Positions 53,802-63,776 of a DNA stretch of 64,000 nucleotides are shown in pieces; position 1 is the first letter of the stretch, and each line of letters starts with the position of its first letter. Under the pieces are notes generated by a model that had not been told where the DNA came from, searched no databases, and saw nothing but the letters and a program-made list of their open reading frames with translations. The translations under genes and the position numbers were made by a program. The stretch is from IMG/VR virus record IMGVR_UViG_3300035208_008180. One strand, given 5' to 3'. The stretch is from a virus. Taxonomy: Duplodnaviria; Caudoviricetes.

Positions 53802-55852
53802 TTTAGCCCCATTGACATTAATCTAGCTTGATTACATATCGATTCAATATTGGCTCGGCTCATCTTCAAAATTGCCTGAACCCTGTCAACATCACGAGAA
53901 ACGTCATTATAATTTCTAAATCCAGCCTGCCATAATTTCTCTGCTCTGACCTTACCGACATTATTCAACTCACAGAATGGAACCAAATGAGCAGCCACAC
54001 CATATTGCATCCTTTTCTGTAATGCGTTTAGGCAACCTTGTTTTCCCCATTTGCCAGACATTTGATCGATCATTTGAATCACTGTTGACAATCGAGGGAA
54101 ATCAAACTGCAAATTACGAGCAGTTCCAGTGAACACCCCCAGCGGCAGTCCATTCATCAAACAAAAATAGCAATACGCCCCTTTCCAGACCGTATCTTGA
54201 AATTGCTTTCCAAATATCTTCTCAGCAATTTTTGCTTTGTTCATCCAGACTGCCATTTCATCTTTTTCAGCCCGACTCACAATACCCATCCGAATAGAGT
54301 CAACATTACCCAATGCTACAGCCATCGCTATGTCATTGTCTTCTGCGTTTGTTGCAAATAAAGTATTGAAATTACTGCGAAGGTCGGCCACATCGAATGG
54401 TGAATAATAGAACATGGAGGAAACCATGCCAATAGAAGTGCATTTGTATTCTCCATCTACTTCTTTAATTGCTCCAAATTTCAACAACAAATTCAAAGTA
54501 GACTCTATAATCTTTTCATCCAAACCATGCGTCTGAAAATTGGCCAAACTCCTCTTGTACCAAAGAGTTACATCATCCTTTGTTTTAATGCCACCGTGAT
54601 GAATCTCCGATACCAAATGAAAAGCCAAGGTTTTATAATGAGGATCAGTAGGCGTTCCTACATAATCCAATAGTCTAGAAACCACCTTGTAATTTTTGGT
54701 AAGCCGATTCATATGATATTGGCATTCAGAATGTTCTGAGGGGAGCAAAATGTAACAATCCCCACGATCATCATATCCTGGCCTTCCGCTTCTTCCTGCC
54801 ATTTGCCAAATATCATAAGGCTGAACCTCATCCAACCCTCGATGCACCCCAACAATAATTACTCGACGTGCCGGTGTATTACATCCCCAAGCAAGAGTTG
54901 AAGTCGCAATCAGAATTTGAAAATCTTTGTTTGTTTTAAATTCATTCTCAAACTTATGTCTATCCTCCATAAGTAAATCAGCGTTATGAAACTGAACAGG
55001 AAATCCCGACTTCTCTAGGGCGGTTTTCATCAACTGTCCGGTTCGCTTTGTGTGTGTAAAAATTAAAAATTTGTCATCAGGATGAGTTTCAACAATTTCC
55101 AGTGCTGCATTAACCTTCTCCTCCTCTGTTGACTCATATCTTCTTGTTTTTTCATAAGTTGTATAATGCACACCCAAAGGGATGGGTCGATAATCAGATT
55201 CAATCAAATATGTTTCTTTGCCAGTGAGAATATATGAAATCCATTCAGCCACTTGGATGGCATTAGGAATCGTAGCAGACAAAGCAACTATTCTTGCATC
55301 TGGATTTATCTCGCAAAACTTCATTAAACCAACTTCAAGATGATCTCCTCGGCCAGGAACCGTGAGCAGGTGTGCTTCGTCAAGAATTAGCACCTTAATA
55401 GACTTCAACCACTCATTATGCTCAGAGGCATAATTGCGGATTCGACTATTCATCATTTCTGGTGTTAAAATAATGATATCGGCTTCGTCTAATTCCTTTT
55501 TTCGTTGCGGGGTCAGTCGATAATCCCCAGTACAGATACTTACCTTTAAGTCAGCAAAATGATGGTCTGCATCTCCCCAGTCGTCCGTCTTTTCTTTAGC
55601 CAAAGCTTTCATGGGTGCCAAATAGGCAATCTTACCACCATGCTTTCTGATTTCATAAGAAGCAATAATTTCCGCACAAACAGTTTTGCCACTAGCGGTT
55701 GTGGATGCAACCACTACGTTGGCTTGTTTGTCGTAAATCTCATAGATTCTTGATTGAACAGGGTTGAACTTATCAAAAGGAAACTTGCCATATAGGAAGT
55801 CCTTTGGATTTACTAATTCATTTTGATCGCTCAGTTTAATTACAGGTGGCAT
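53798..55852 (-). CDS. Ski2-like SF2 helicase (Hel308/Hjm-like)
   Basis: Q motif, TASGKT, AP.KALA, DEAH, LSAT, TSTLAWG.N.PA, QMAGRSGRPG.D, C-terminal HhH VGKVRA. Confidence 0.9.
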   Translation of the reverse strand: MPPVIKLSDQNELVNPKDFLYGKFPFDKFNPVQSRIYEIYDKQANVVVASTTASGKTVCAEIIASYEIRKHGGKIAYLAPMKALAKEKTDDWGDADHHFADLKVSICTGDYRLTPQRKKELDEADIIILTPEMMNSRIRNYASEHNEWLKSIKVLILDEAHLLTVPGRGDHLEVGLMKFCEINPDARIVALSATIPNAIQVAEWISYILTGKETYLIESDYRPIPLGVHYTTYEKTRRYESTEEEKVNAALEIVETHPDDKFLIFTHTKRTGQLMKTALEKSGFPVQFHNADLLMEDRHKFENEFKTNKDFQILIATSTLAWGCNTPARRVIIVGVHRGLDEVQPYDIWQMAGRSGRPGYDDRGDCYILLPSEHSECQYHMNRLTKNYKVVSRLLDYVGTPTDPHYKTLAFHLVSEIHHGGIKTKDDVTLWYKRSLANFQTHGLDEKIIESTLNLLLKFGAIKEVDGEYKCTSIGMVSSMFYYSPFDVADLRSNFNTLFATNAEDNDIAMAVALGNVDSIRMGIVSRAEKDEMAVWMNKAKIAEKIFGKQFQDTVWKGAYCYFCLMNGLPLGVFTGTARNLQFDFPRLSTVIQMIDQMSGKWGKQGCLNALQKRMQYGVAAHLVPFCELNNVGKVRAEKLWQAGFRNYNDVSRDVDRVQAILKMSRANIESICNQARLMSMGLK

Positions 55853-55920
55853 TAAATCTCTTTATCTATTGATTGTAGTTGTGGCAAGAAATCATTCTAC
55901 CACGATATATAACTTTGTCA

Positions 55921-56277
55921 ATGAGAACATTCTTCGAATCCATTCAAAAACGTGTGCATCTTCGCTTTGTGGCTACCACTGGTCCTGAGCATGCTCAGGG
56001 CCTAATGCACCAAGAGCCATTAAAACATAACGAAGGTGCCCTTTTTGTTTATGAAGCCCCGTCAAAATCAAAATTTTGGAACAAGAACGTAAACTTTCCC
56101 ATAGAAATTGGTTTCTTTGATATCAATAAAAAATTAGTTGATATTCGACAATTACAAGCCAATCAAACACAAGAAATTGGCTGCAAACAAGAGTTTGTTT
56201 ATGCTTTGGAAGTTTCTACCGGATTTTTTTCACAAAAAGATATTGGCAAATCATTGGATGACTTCATACTAAGCTAA
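55921..56277 (+). CDS. DUF192 family protein
   Basis: A......QGLM....L....G.LF, FW.KN..FP..I.F.D, YALEV..G; ATATATA upstream. Confidence 0.8.
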   Translation: MRTFFESIQKRVHLRFVATTGPEHAQGLMHQEPLKHNEGALFVYEAPSKSKFWNKNVNFPIEIGFFDINKKLVDIRQLQANQTQEIGCKQEFVYALEVSTGFFSQKDIGKSLDDFILS

Positions 56278-56342
56278 AGTATGCTACATTTATCCCAGCT
56301 TTTTGACCCAAGCATAAGAGCAAAAGCAATAGAGGCATTAAA

Positions 56343-57407
56343 TTACATTGCTACCCAATAAAGAATTTCCTGAGCCCTAGAGGCAGCAGTATAAGCCCAC
56401 CTAACGTGATCCCACTGTCCACCCCGTTGTTCAAAAACCATAACTGAAGGCCATTCTGAGCCTTGGGCTTTGTGTGCTGTAACAGCATTGCAAAAATCAA
56501 ATGGATCAGGATCGTCTTTGTTGCCTTGAAGTTCATATTTTTCCACATTGAAATTCGAAGGATCAAAAATCACATCAAAAAGCGTGCCTTCATCACTTCT
56601 AAAATGCATCCGATTTTTCTTTGTATAAAGAAACTTACAATCACCCTGCATGCCGTTAAATAATCCAATTTTTCGATTATTGCGAAGACACATTACTCGA
56701 TCACCAACCAGTGGATAATCTCCAGTAAATCCCTTTAACCCTCTTGTCTTTTTATTTAATTGCACTCTGGTTTTATTGAATGCACAAATAATTTGATCCA
56801 CTTTTGTAAGGTATGCATCAGCTTGAAAACGACTAAGAAACCGCACTTTGCCTTCAAACGATGGTCGGAATGCAGCAGGTCGATAACCATTTCTGATGAA
56901 TTCGCAGAAGCGAGCAATCTCACCAGCATTACGATGAATAGTTTCTAACACAAAATCGGGCTTGGCCATAAGGTTGATATCCTTGCCCACTGGCTCCAAT
57001 TGCCCGTGGTCGCCCACAAAAATAATAGGAATATGGAAGCTTACCAAATCTTCATATAAATCCCTACTAATCATAGATGCTTCATCTACAATAATACCAG
57101 AAGCATCTAAAGAAGGCACTCTGGCAAAGATTGGATTGCCGTGATGGTCACGCATCAAATGCCCTTCATCATCTACCATTGGATGGTAAATAAGGCTGTG
57201 AATTGTGCTGGCTGGAACTCCTTTTTGCCTCAAAACACTGGCTGCTTTGCCGGTAAAAGCACACACGGCAAAATGAGGCAGTGTTTTGACCAATTGAGAA
57301 ATAAGTGTCGTTTTGCCAGTTCCAGCATACCCGCCCAATGTTTGAACAGGCTTCTTAAATTGTATGAGATTGGCGATAATATTTTTTTGTTCTTGTGTTA
57401 AATTCAA
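56343..57407 (-). CDS. SF1B helicase (Dda/RecD-like)
   Basis: GYAGTGKT, TIHS, VDEASM, GD..QL.PV, T.HKAQGSEW, YTA.SRA. Confidence 0.92.
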   Translation of the reverse strand: MNLTQEQKNIIANLIQFKKPVQTLGGYAGTGKTTLISQLVKTLPHFAVCAFTGKAASVLRQKGVPASTIHSLIYHPMVDDEGHLMRDHHGNPIFARVPSLDASGIIVDEASMISRDLYEDLVSFHIPIIFVGDHGQLEPVGKDINLMAKPDFVLETIHRNAGEIARFCEFIRNGYRPAAFRPSFEGKVRFLSRFQADAYLTKVDQIICAFNKTRVQLNKKTRGLKGFTGDYPLVGDRVMCLRNNRKIGLFNGMQGDCKFLYTKKNRMHFRSDEGTLFDVIFDPSNFNVEKYELQGNKDDPDPFDFCNAVTAHKAQGSEWPSVMVFEQRGGQWDHVRWAYTAASRAQEILYWVAM

Positions 57408-57410
57408 TTT

Positions 57411-57578
57411 TTACCCCTTCGTTGATAGCCACAGCACACAAATAACATATGGCCAAAGTGCTGCGATGTATACCTTTTCTTTAAAGGTCATATGCTGCTC
57501 GCTTGCGGCAAAAACCAACAGCCCCGCAAAACCCAGAAACCATATTCCAAACACAATTGCCAAAATTGTCCAAAGCAT
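57411..57578 (-). CDS. small membrane protein (55 aa, not in ORF track)
   Basis: MLWTILAIVFGIWFLGFAG..., GAGG RBS. Confidence 0.55.
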   Translation of the reverse strand: MLWTILAIVFGIWFLGFAGLLVFAASEQHMTFKEKVYIAALWPYVICVLWLSTKG

Positions 57579-57691
57579 ACCTCTTCTCCTTCAAAAAAAA
57601 CAGGGCGAGGAAAATGCCTCCCCACCCTATCTATACCCAATAGTGGTCATTACAGTTGGGTATCACACAATTTATTCTTAGCATCCTGCTC

Positions 57692-57952
57692 TTATCTTCT
57701 TCTGGGCTTTTCTTGGTCTCTTCGACCATACTCTCTCATAACTGCCTCTTCGACCTGATCCATCATTTCATAAAAATCCTCAGCATTAGTTGCTTTAAGC
57801 AACCAACGATCTACTTCTTTGTCTTGAGCCAGAATATTGCATACTGCGGCTTTGTCGCCCTCCAAATCTTGTCGTATACGGTTTCGCAACTCAAACAAAG
57901 TATCATCGGAAAGTCGTCGCACATACTCTGATACTACATTAGATTTCATCAA
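57692..57952 (-). CDS. hypothetical helical protein
   Basis: GAGG RBS. Confidence 0.6.
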   Translation of the reverse strand: MMKSNVVSEYVRRLSDDTLFELRNRIRQDLEGDKAAVCNILAQDKEVDRWLLKATNAEDFYEMMDQVEEAVMREYGRRDQEKPRRR

Positions 57953-57960
57953 ACCACCTC

Positions 57961-58245
57961 ATGAAAATAGATAAACAAAATTTTGAAAAATTGGGAATAA
58001 AAAATTGGTCTTCATTTATTGATCCCAGACAACTATTCGCTCATCTTGCAATACTTGCTGATGAGCAACTAAGCATAAAAGGAAAAGTAACATCTATCCG
58101 CATCACCCGTTTTGAACTTTCATTAAAGGGTATTATCATCTGGATAGAGTATATTGTAAATTATAATGCGGCTTCTGTCAATATAATTAGTGAATTTTTA
58201 TTGGTAAATGATGAACTAATTCATCAGACAACAGCAAAAATGTGA
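57961..58245 (+). CDS. hypothetical protein
   Basis: ORF filling an intergenic gap. Confidence 0.45.
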   Translation: MKIDKQNFEKLGIKNWSSFIDPRQLFAHLAILADEQLSIKGKVTSIRITRFELSLKGIIIWIEYIVNYNAASVNIISEFLLVNDELIHQTTAKM

Positions 58246-58502
58246 TTGTCTGCATTTTCATCATCAAAAAACACACGATTTCTACCAAATTGTAACTCCA
58301 TGTTATAGTCATCCATCGACATAACCCTATCATCTTGGGAGGCAACCACGTAGCAATAATCATCGGTTTTTTGTATGCCATGTTTGTTTTCTTTGGTGAT
58401 GCCTACTTCTAATTTCACTCCGCTCGGCAAGGTAAATTCAACTTGCCCCTCTTTTAACAGATACGTGATTAAAAGGTGCTGAAGTTTGTCTTTCTTTGTC
58501 AT
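58224..58502 (-). CDS. hypothetical protein
   Basis: GGAGG RBS before MTKKD. Confidence 0.6.
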   Translation of the reverse strand: MTKKDKLQHLLITYLLKEGQVEFTLPSGVKLEVGITKENKHGIQKTDDYCYVVASQDDRVMSMDDYNMELQFGRNRVFFDDENADNHIFAVV

Positions 58503-58563
58503 TTTGTACCTCCCTTTTGGTATACAGTATTTACACATAATACCAATCAAGAAAGGTTATTAA

Positions 58564-58731
58564 TTACAAAATTTGGTAATTAAAAGCGTGTCCGATCATT
58601 CCTAAGCCACCAGCACCAACTATTATAGCGATTATTGGCTCAACTCCCCAAAAATGCCAGCCAGCCACGGCAGCACCGACAATAATAAATCCTACAATCG
58701 CCTCTAAAACTTTTAAAACTATATTGTGCAT
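58564..58731 (-). CDS. small membrane protein (55 aa, not in ORF track)
   Basis: MHNIVLKVLEAIVGFIIVG..., two TM segments. Confidence 0.5.
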   Translation of the reverse strand: MHNIVLKVLEAIVGFIIVGAAVAGWHFWGVEPIIAIIVGAGGLGMIGHAFNYQIL

Positions 58732-58735
58732 GATA

Positions 58736-59185
58736 TTAGTGGAAGTCCACTTCTCCAGGTTTTACGAATTGAAACTCAAAACCATTATATTCCCGAGAAT
58801 GCGTTTTCATGGGATGCATCCAAGGCATCGGGCGACCAGTGCCATCTGTACAAATGGCCCAACACCAATACATTTTTCCCCTAATGGCTTGCTCAATCAA
58901 TGATAAATGGCTGGACCCTAAAAATTTCTGGCCTATTTTTGCCACAACAGGGAATGGTAAAAAAGGAATGTTTTCACCACTCATTTGACAAGTCTCAACA
59001 AAGTGGGTGTCATAGTCCATTTTATTGAAATGTACCCTGACCGTGTAGCCATCGACCTCTGTTAAAATAGTTTTAAATAAACCAATATAATCCTCAAGTG
59101 CAGGGTCATTCTTTGGATAATTATATGGGATCAAATGATCTCCCATCATTCTCAGCGTATCTATGGCGTCATCTAGCTTCTTCAT
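58736..59185 (-). CDS. hypothetical protein
   Basis: ORF in gene run. Confidence 0.6.
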   Translation of the reverse strand: MKKLDDAIDTLRMMGDHLIPYNYPKNDPALEDYIGLFKTILTEVDGYTVRVHFNKMDYDTHFVETCQMSGENIPFLPFPVVAKIGQKFLGSSHLSLIEQAIRGKMYWCWAICTDGTGRPMPWMHPMKTHSREYNGFEFQFVKPGEVDFH

Positions 59186-59188
59186 ACA

Positions 59189-60151
59189 CTATATATCCAG
59201 CCGTAATTCTGAAATAATATCCTGCACCTGTTTTGCAGCAAATCCCCTGCTTTCCATATTCCAAAATCCTGTACCTTTGCCGATTCGAAGCTTTAGATTC
59301 TTTAAAAACCACCTTCGTACACTGATTAAATCTTCTGACAATTCGTAGTCGCCCATGAACCCCAAAAGCTCCATTACTTGCCGAGGATCATCCCACAATA
59401 AACCAGACCACAAATTAGCATAGTTATTGAATAATTGCTTCTTCTTGGCCATCTCCACAAAATGCATTACTAAAATAATCCAATTTCTACCTATCTCTGT
59501 GCATCGGCAGCCCTCATTGCCCATAATTCTAAATTCAATTGTTGGCCTATTATTCTTCATCTTGTGATAAGTATTGATGGTCATATACTTGTGCGTGCCT
59601 AACAACCGTTCTAAAACATCGCCAGATTCCAGCATCGGCCCAATCAAATTGCTGGCACCAATGCATTGAAAATAACGACTCTTTTTACGATAAGCAGGAA
59701 GAGCATCAATGAAAACAGGCTCGGCTTTAATCCAACATCCTAAAATAGAGGCTATCTCTCGACGGCTGCAATCGGAGACATTTACATGAACATGTAACGA
59801 ACAACGATGATCTATGGGAATTCTATCATCGTGATTTAACACATCTAATACATCACAAATTTTATTGAGTCCATATCTGCCATTGCTTACAGGCGAACAA
59901 ATCTCAATGCCACAACTTCTATCTGACTTTAAAACCCATTGATTGTTATTGTGAGTATAATGCCATGTCTTAATGGCAACCGGCTCTTTTAACAATCTTG
60001 ACATACTTTCGCCTATATAATCGATACCCTCAGGGATTTCTCCGTCAGATAATGGATAATTGATAAAATCTCTGCTGTCTAAAGCATTGACCTCAATTTC
60101 CACACCGAATCTTCGATGGCAATTTTCGAATGACAAATGTGTAGTATCCAT
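59189..60151 (-). CDS. putative amidoligase (Amidoligase_2 family)
   Basis: RFGVEIE, D.S.G.E..SP, C.LHVHV, KY..IN, TIEFR. Confidence 0.82.
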   Translation of the reverse strand: MDTTHLSFENCHRRFGVEIEVNALDSRDFINYPLSDGEIPEGIDYIGESMSRLLKEPVAIKTWHYTHNNNQWVLKSDRSCGIEICSPVSNGRYGLNKICDVLDVLNHDDRIPIDHRCSLHVHVNVSDCSRREIASILGCWIKAEPVFIDALPAYRKKSRYFQCIGASNLIGPMLESGDVLERLLGTHKYMTINTYHKMKNNRPTIEFRIMGNEGCRCTEIGRNWIILVMHFVEMAKKKQLFNNYANLWSGLLWDDPRQVMELLGFMGDYELSEDLISVRRWFLKNLKLRIGKGTGFWNMESRGFAAKQVQDIISELRLDI

Positions 60152-60198
60152 ATCTTTACTTTACCATTATTTTCTAAAAAAATCAATCTAAATAATGT

Positions 60199-60975
60199 AT
60201 GAATATAGTCACCATTATTAACGTACATACAGACCCAGAATTAGTACAACACACAATTGGATCAGTAAAAAAATGGGTTACAGATAAAATTGTAGTAGTA
60301 GTAGACCAAAGAAACTGGGATGCGTTTAAAAATTTTCCATTTCAAAACATTGATCTTATCAAAGGGGCTTTCAATGCACCCCCTTATAAAAACATTGCCA
60401 TTGGCATGAACTATGCTTATGCTAAATACCCAAATGCAGATTGGTACAATTATATTGAATATGATGTTTTGTATTTAAATGATTTTTTTAAAGAAGATTT
60501 GATAAAAAGGTCCAATTGTGCCAATTTAGGATTTTGTCATTGTATTGCTGGTTGTCAAACTGATGGCGATCTTCCGAGAAAAATTCTCAACAAACCAGAA
60601 TTACAAGCTGAATATATGCTGGGTGCGGTTAATTTTTATTCTAATAATTGTGTTCAACAATTGATGAGTTTTGATTTTTTTAACGAAGTATTAAATCAAA
60701 CAAACAATGGTTATAACTTTCCAAATTTTGGACATGTTACAGTAGAAGAAATCATTTACCCAACAGCGGCTGGTGCTTTTGGTCCGGTAGACAACCTCAC
60801 TGATTATGCAAATCCATTAAAAATATCAGGTTATGGAAGCACCTGTGAACGGTACGCAGTTCGTTATATACCGAATATAGAATTAGATGATGTTACCCCC
60901 TTGACTAGTATTATACACCCTTCCAAAAATCTAAATTGCCCAATAAGACAGCAGCATATTGATTTCTTGTGTTAA
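60199..60975 (+). CDS. putative glycosyltransferase (GT-A-like)
   Basis: N-terminal beta-alpha pattern, EYD (DxD-like), EE, IIHP.K; CTAAATA 4 nt upstream. Confidence 0.5.
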   Translation: MNIVTIINVHTDPELVQHTIGSVKKWVTDKIVVVVDQRNWDAFKNFPFQNIDLIKGAFNAPPYKNIAIGMNYAYAKYPNADWYNYIEYDVLYLNDFFKEDLIKRSNCANLGFCHCIAGCQTDGDLPRKILNKPELQAEYMLGAVNFYSNNCVQQLMSFDFFNEVLNQTNNGYNFPNFGHVTVEEIIYPTAAGAFGPVDNLTDYANPLKISGYGSTCERYAVRYIPNIELDDVTPLTSIIHPSKNLNCPIRQQHIDFLC

Positions 60976-61007
60976 TTTGATATAATTAAATAAACAGGAG
61001 ACATACT

Positions 61008-61481
61008 ATGTTTAAAGATTGTTTATTAATTACCACCAGTGATAATCGTAACCTATTTACACAAAAGCGTTATTTAAATCAATTGGTAGAATTTTCCAAA
61101 GTATTCGGAGCAGAAATAGCCATAGCAAAGGCAGATAACCCAGAAATTCTATCATTAGAAGCCTTGGCACCTGCCCTTTGCGATTCTGGTTATAATTCAA
61201 CCGCACCATTTGAAATACTTGAATACAAACTGCCAAAAATTGCAATCAAACAACGGTTTATTAAAATAGCCTCTCAAATTAAACAACATATACGAGAAGC
61301 TCTGCTAAGAGGCGAAACAGTAGAATTACAAAACATTATGCAACAGTTTCATAAATTCAAATTAACTACCGCATGTTTCTGTAACCATTTTTCTAAAGTA
61401 CGCCAAGAACTTGTGGCCGAAGGACATGTTATAGAAAAAATTGGTGGCGGCAAGTATAAAATAAAAAATGAACACGAATAA
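61008..61481 (+). CDS. hypothetical protein with C-terminal winged-helix-like segment
   Basis: AGGAG RBS; V...L...G..IEK.G.G.Y. Confidence 0.6.
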   Translation: MFKDCLLITTSDNRNLFTQKRYLNQLVEFSKVFGAEIAIAKADNPEILSLEALAPALCDSGYNSTAPFEILEYKLPKIAIKQRFIKIASQIKQHIREALLRGETVELQNIMQQFHKFKLTTACFCNHFSKVRQELVAEGHVIEKIGGGKYKIKNEHE

Positions 61482-61502
61482 AAATACTCGTGTTCATTTT
61501 TT
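61464..61502. terminator. bidirectional terminator
   Basis: AAAAATGAACACGA/TCGTGTTCATTTTT inverted repeat between convergent genes. Confidence 0.7.
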
Positions 61503-61514
61503 AATACATTCCTT

Positions 61515-62711
61515 CTATTCGTCGTCTTCGTCTTTATGACCAATCACTGCATTCAAGATATCCTCTTGATCGGTTGGCTCTTCTTCAATTGAATCTCCAT
61601 TGCTGATTTGCAAAGCGGATTCAAAATGGCTCAAATATTCCTTTACTTCTTCGGTGCTTGTCGCATCCACTAAAGCTGGACAATCCATCAGCAAGCTAAT
61701 AGGAACATCGTTTCTTACCTTACTGGCCTTGAAGGTGACTGTGTTGCCACCAGCCCAAGGCTCACATACTTTGTAAGTGCCTTTGCCAGACATTTCAACA
61801 CGACCCGCACCTATCAAAATTGTCAGTAAACCGCCAACAGGGTTAATGCCACCATCAAAGTAAATTTGAATACCTTCGGTCGATAGGAACGGTCTATGAG
61901 TTCGGTTCTTCTCATTCCTAACCGTTAAATTAACTCCTATCACCACCTTGGTTTTCTTTTGCACAATCTTCTTTCTGGCGGCTAAGGCCAATCGGCAACT
62001 AGCATAATATTTCAATGCTTCGCCACCACCAGCCTGAGTTTTGGAAGGACCGTACATCACACCAATCTTTGACCGCTCTTGATTGACAACATACATAGTT
62101 GCATTGTTGTCATCAATAAATGGGCAAAGTTGTCGCAACACTTTTCCTGATGCTTTGGCTCTTTCACCAGGACGCTCATTACCGCCCGCTTCCTTGACCT
62201 GTTCTTTAGTGGGTTTATCGGGCAAATTAATTTCATTCCATTCTCGATCCGTCATGGCCACACCGATTGAGTCCCACACATAAAGAATTGGTTCATCGGG
62301 GCGTGCTTTACGAATCACTCTGGTAGTCTTTAATACATTTCTGCCGAATTCTTCAATCGTTGGCGGATAATGTGTAACCATTTGACTGGAGTCTAAATGT
62401 CCGCATGATTCAGCGAATTCAGCATTTCCTGCACGCTCTGCATCTTCGTAAATGCCAATTCCGCCTAAGCGTTGAACACCACCTAAGCAACAAAAACCCA
62501 CAAGAGATTTGGCCGCTGCTTCTGGTCCGTAGACTTCAATGATTTTCCCGCCAGGAATACCACCAGTAATAAATTTGCCAGAACAAATATAATTTAATGC
62601 AAAGTTGCCTGTATCGATGTAATAATTGACTTTGCCGGAATCTTTGAACACTTCGCCACCTGTTGCGGTAGCTAACATACTAAAAAAATCTTCTGCTTTC
62701 TTTTTTGCCAT
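61515..62711 (-). CDS. recA: RecA/UvsX recombinase
   Basis: IDTG..ALN, GG.P.G.I.E.YGPE...KS, DAE, WDS, NQ.R, GG.ALKYYAS.R, KN. Confidence 0.92.
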   Translation of the reverse strand: MAKKKAEDFFSMLATATGGEVFKDSGKVNYYIDTGNFALNYICSGKFITGGIPGGKIIEVYGPEAAAKSLVGFCCLGGVQRLGGIGIYEDAERAGNAEFAESCGHLDSSQMVTHYPPTIEEFGRNVLKTTRVIRKARPDEPILYVWDSIGVAMTDREWNEINLPDKPTKEQVKEAGGNERPGERAKASGKVLRQLCPFIDDNNATMYVVNQERSKIGVMYGPSKTQAGGGEALKYYASCRLALAARKKIVQKKTKVVIGVNLTVRNEKNRTHRPFLSTEGIQIYFDGGINPVGGLLTILIGAGRVEMSGKGTYKVCEPWAGGNTVTFKASKVRNDVPISLLMDCPALVDATSTEEVKEYLSHFESALQISNGDSIEEEPTDQEDILNAVIGHKDEDDE

Positions 62712-62764
62712 AATTTTTACCTTTATATATATTTTCAGACTAAGCTGATATGAATAATGAAAAA

Positions 62765-62798
62765 TAGCTCAAGCATCATTCGTTGATGCTTGAGCTAT
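62765..62798 (-). terminator. intrinsic terminator
   Basis: ATAGCTCAAGCATCA/TGATGCTTGAGCTAT 15-bp stem with U-tract on minus strand. Confidence 0.8.
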
Positions 62799-62810
62799 AA
62801 AGATTACCGA

Positions 62811-63719
62811 TTAGAGGTTTTCCAAACCAGCAGCAAATTCGTCGTCAGCAAGCTGTTGATCGCCGCCACCGACAGTTACAGGCATCTCAGGCTCTTCAGT
62901 CGTTACAGTTGGTTTGGCAACGGCTGTAGTTCCTACAGTAGTGGTTGCGGTTGCATTAGCAAATTCTCTAACGTCGAAACCAACCGAATTGTCCTTTTCC
63001 ATTCCGAAATGGACTCTCAAATTGAAAAGCAACTCTTCGTAAGGCAATAGCTTACGCAAATCACAGAGATTGTGCAACGATGCAGCCCATTTTGCAACCT
63101 CTTCAGGAGTTCCTGCCACGGATGGTTCCTCGAATTTGCTCTTCACATAATCCGGGTATTCTCCGTCCGGTCCCTTTTTGATGTTTTTGACCACACGGAA
63201 ATCCATGCCATTTTGTGGGTCTGTAACATCGCATGATTCTGAGAGTTTCTCAATGATGATCTCATGTAATGTCTTGCCACAACCAAAAATCTTGGGGCCA
63301 ACATTGGTGAGCATCGCACCAGTTTCTTGATCTTGCTCTTGTCGAACGATTACGTTGTAGTAATAGCGTTCAATAGGCTTAATCGCACGGGCAACAGCTT
63401 TGTCATGCTCTTGCTCTTCGGGTGACTTGTTTTTCAAAGTCTTCCAAAGTAGTGAGTAATACTCACAAATTGGGCAAGGACCACGCCAATAACCATCATC
63501 ACCCAATTCTCTCGGGCAATGAATGTTTTTGCCGTTTATCATGTGAATGCGTGTGCGAACGAAAACGCCACCGCTGACTGCATTGAATTTGGGGTTAGAC
63601 AACAGTCTCAAGACTAGAACCCCTTTACCATCGGGCATTTTTACCAGATTTTGCCCAAATCCACCACCACTCGCAAGCCTCCCTGCCTCTTTCTTGATTC
63701 CTGAAAAATCCATAGCCAT
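62811..63719 (-). CDS. T4 gp32-like single-stranded DNA-binding protein
   Basis: H...CP...CPICE Zn site, YYNV.V, K.F..GK, G.DF..K, Y..S.F, acidic tail. Confidence 0.82.
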   Translation of the reverse strand: MAMDFSGIKKEAGRLASGGGFGQNLVKMPDGKGVLVLRLLSNPKFNAVSGGVFVRTRIHMINGKNIHCPRELGDDGYWRGPCPICEYYSLLWKTLKNKSPEEQEHDKAVARAIKPIERYYYNVIVRQEQDQETGAMLTNVGPKIFGCGKTLHEIIIEKLSESCDVTDPQNGMDFRVVKNIKKGPDGEYPDYVKSKFEEPSVAGTPEEVAKWAASLHNLCDLRKLLPYEELLFNLRVHFGMEKDNSVGFDVREFANATATTTVGTTAVAKPTVTTEEPEMPVTVGGGDQQLADDEFAAGLENL

Positions 63720-63730
63720 AGTTACACCTC

Positions 63731-63776
63731 GTTAAAAAAGTTAAAAAAGTTAAAAAAGTTAGAAAGTAAAAAGTTA
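63731..63776 (-). repeat. 9-bp AU-rich tandem repeat in the gp32 leader
   Basis: (GTTAAAAAA)x3 plus degenerate copies directly 5' of the GAGG RBS. Confidence 0.85.

Noticed and set aside
55921-55950. Tag on the DUF192 protein (MRTFFES)
   Set aside because: The spacing does not fit the consensus, so it was left out of the count although the upstream ATATATA box is present.
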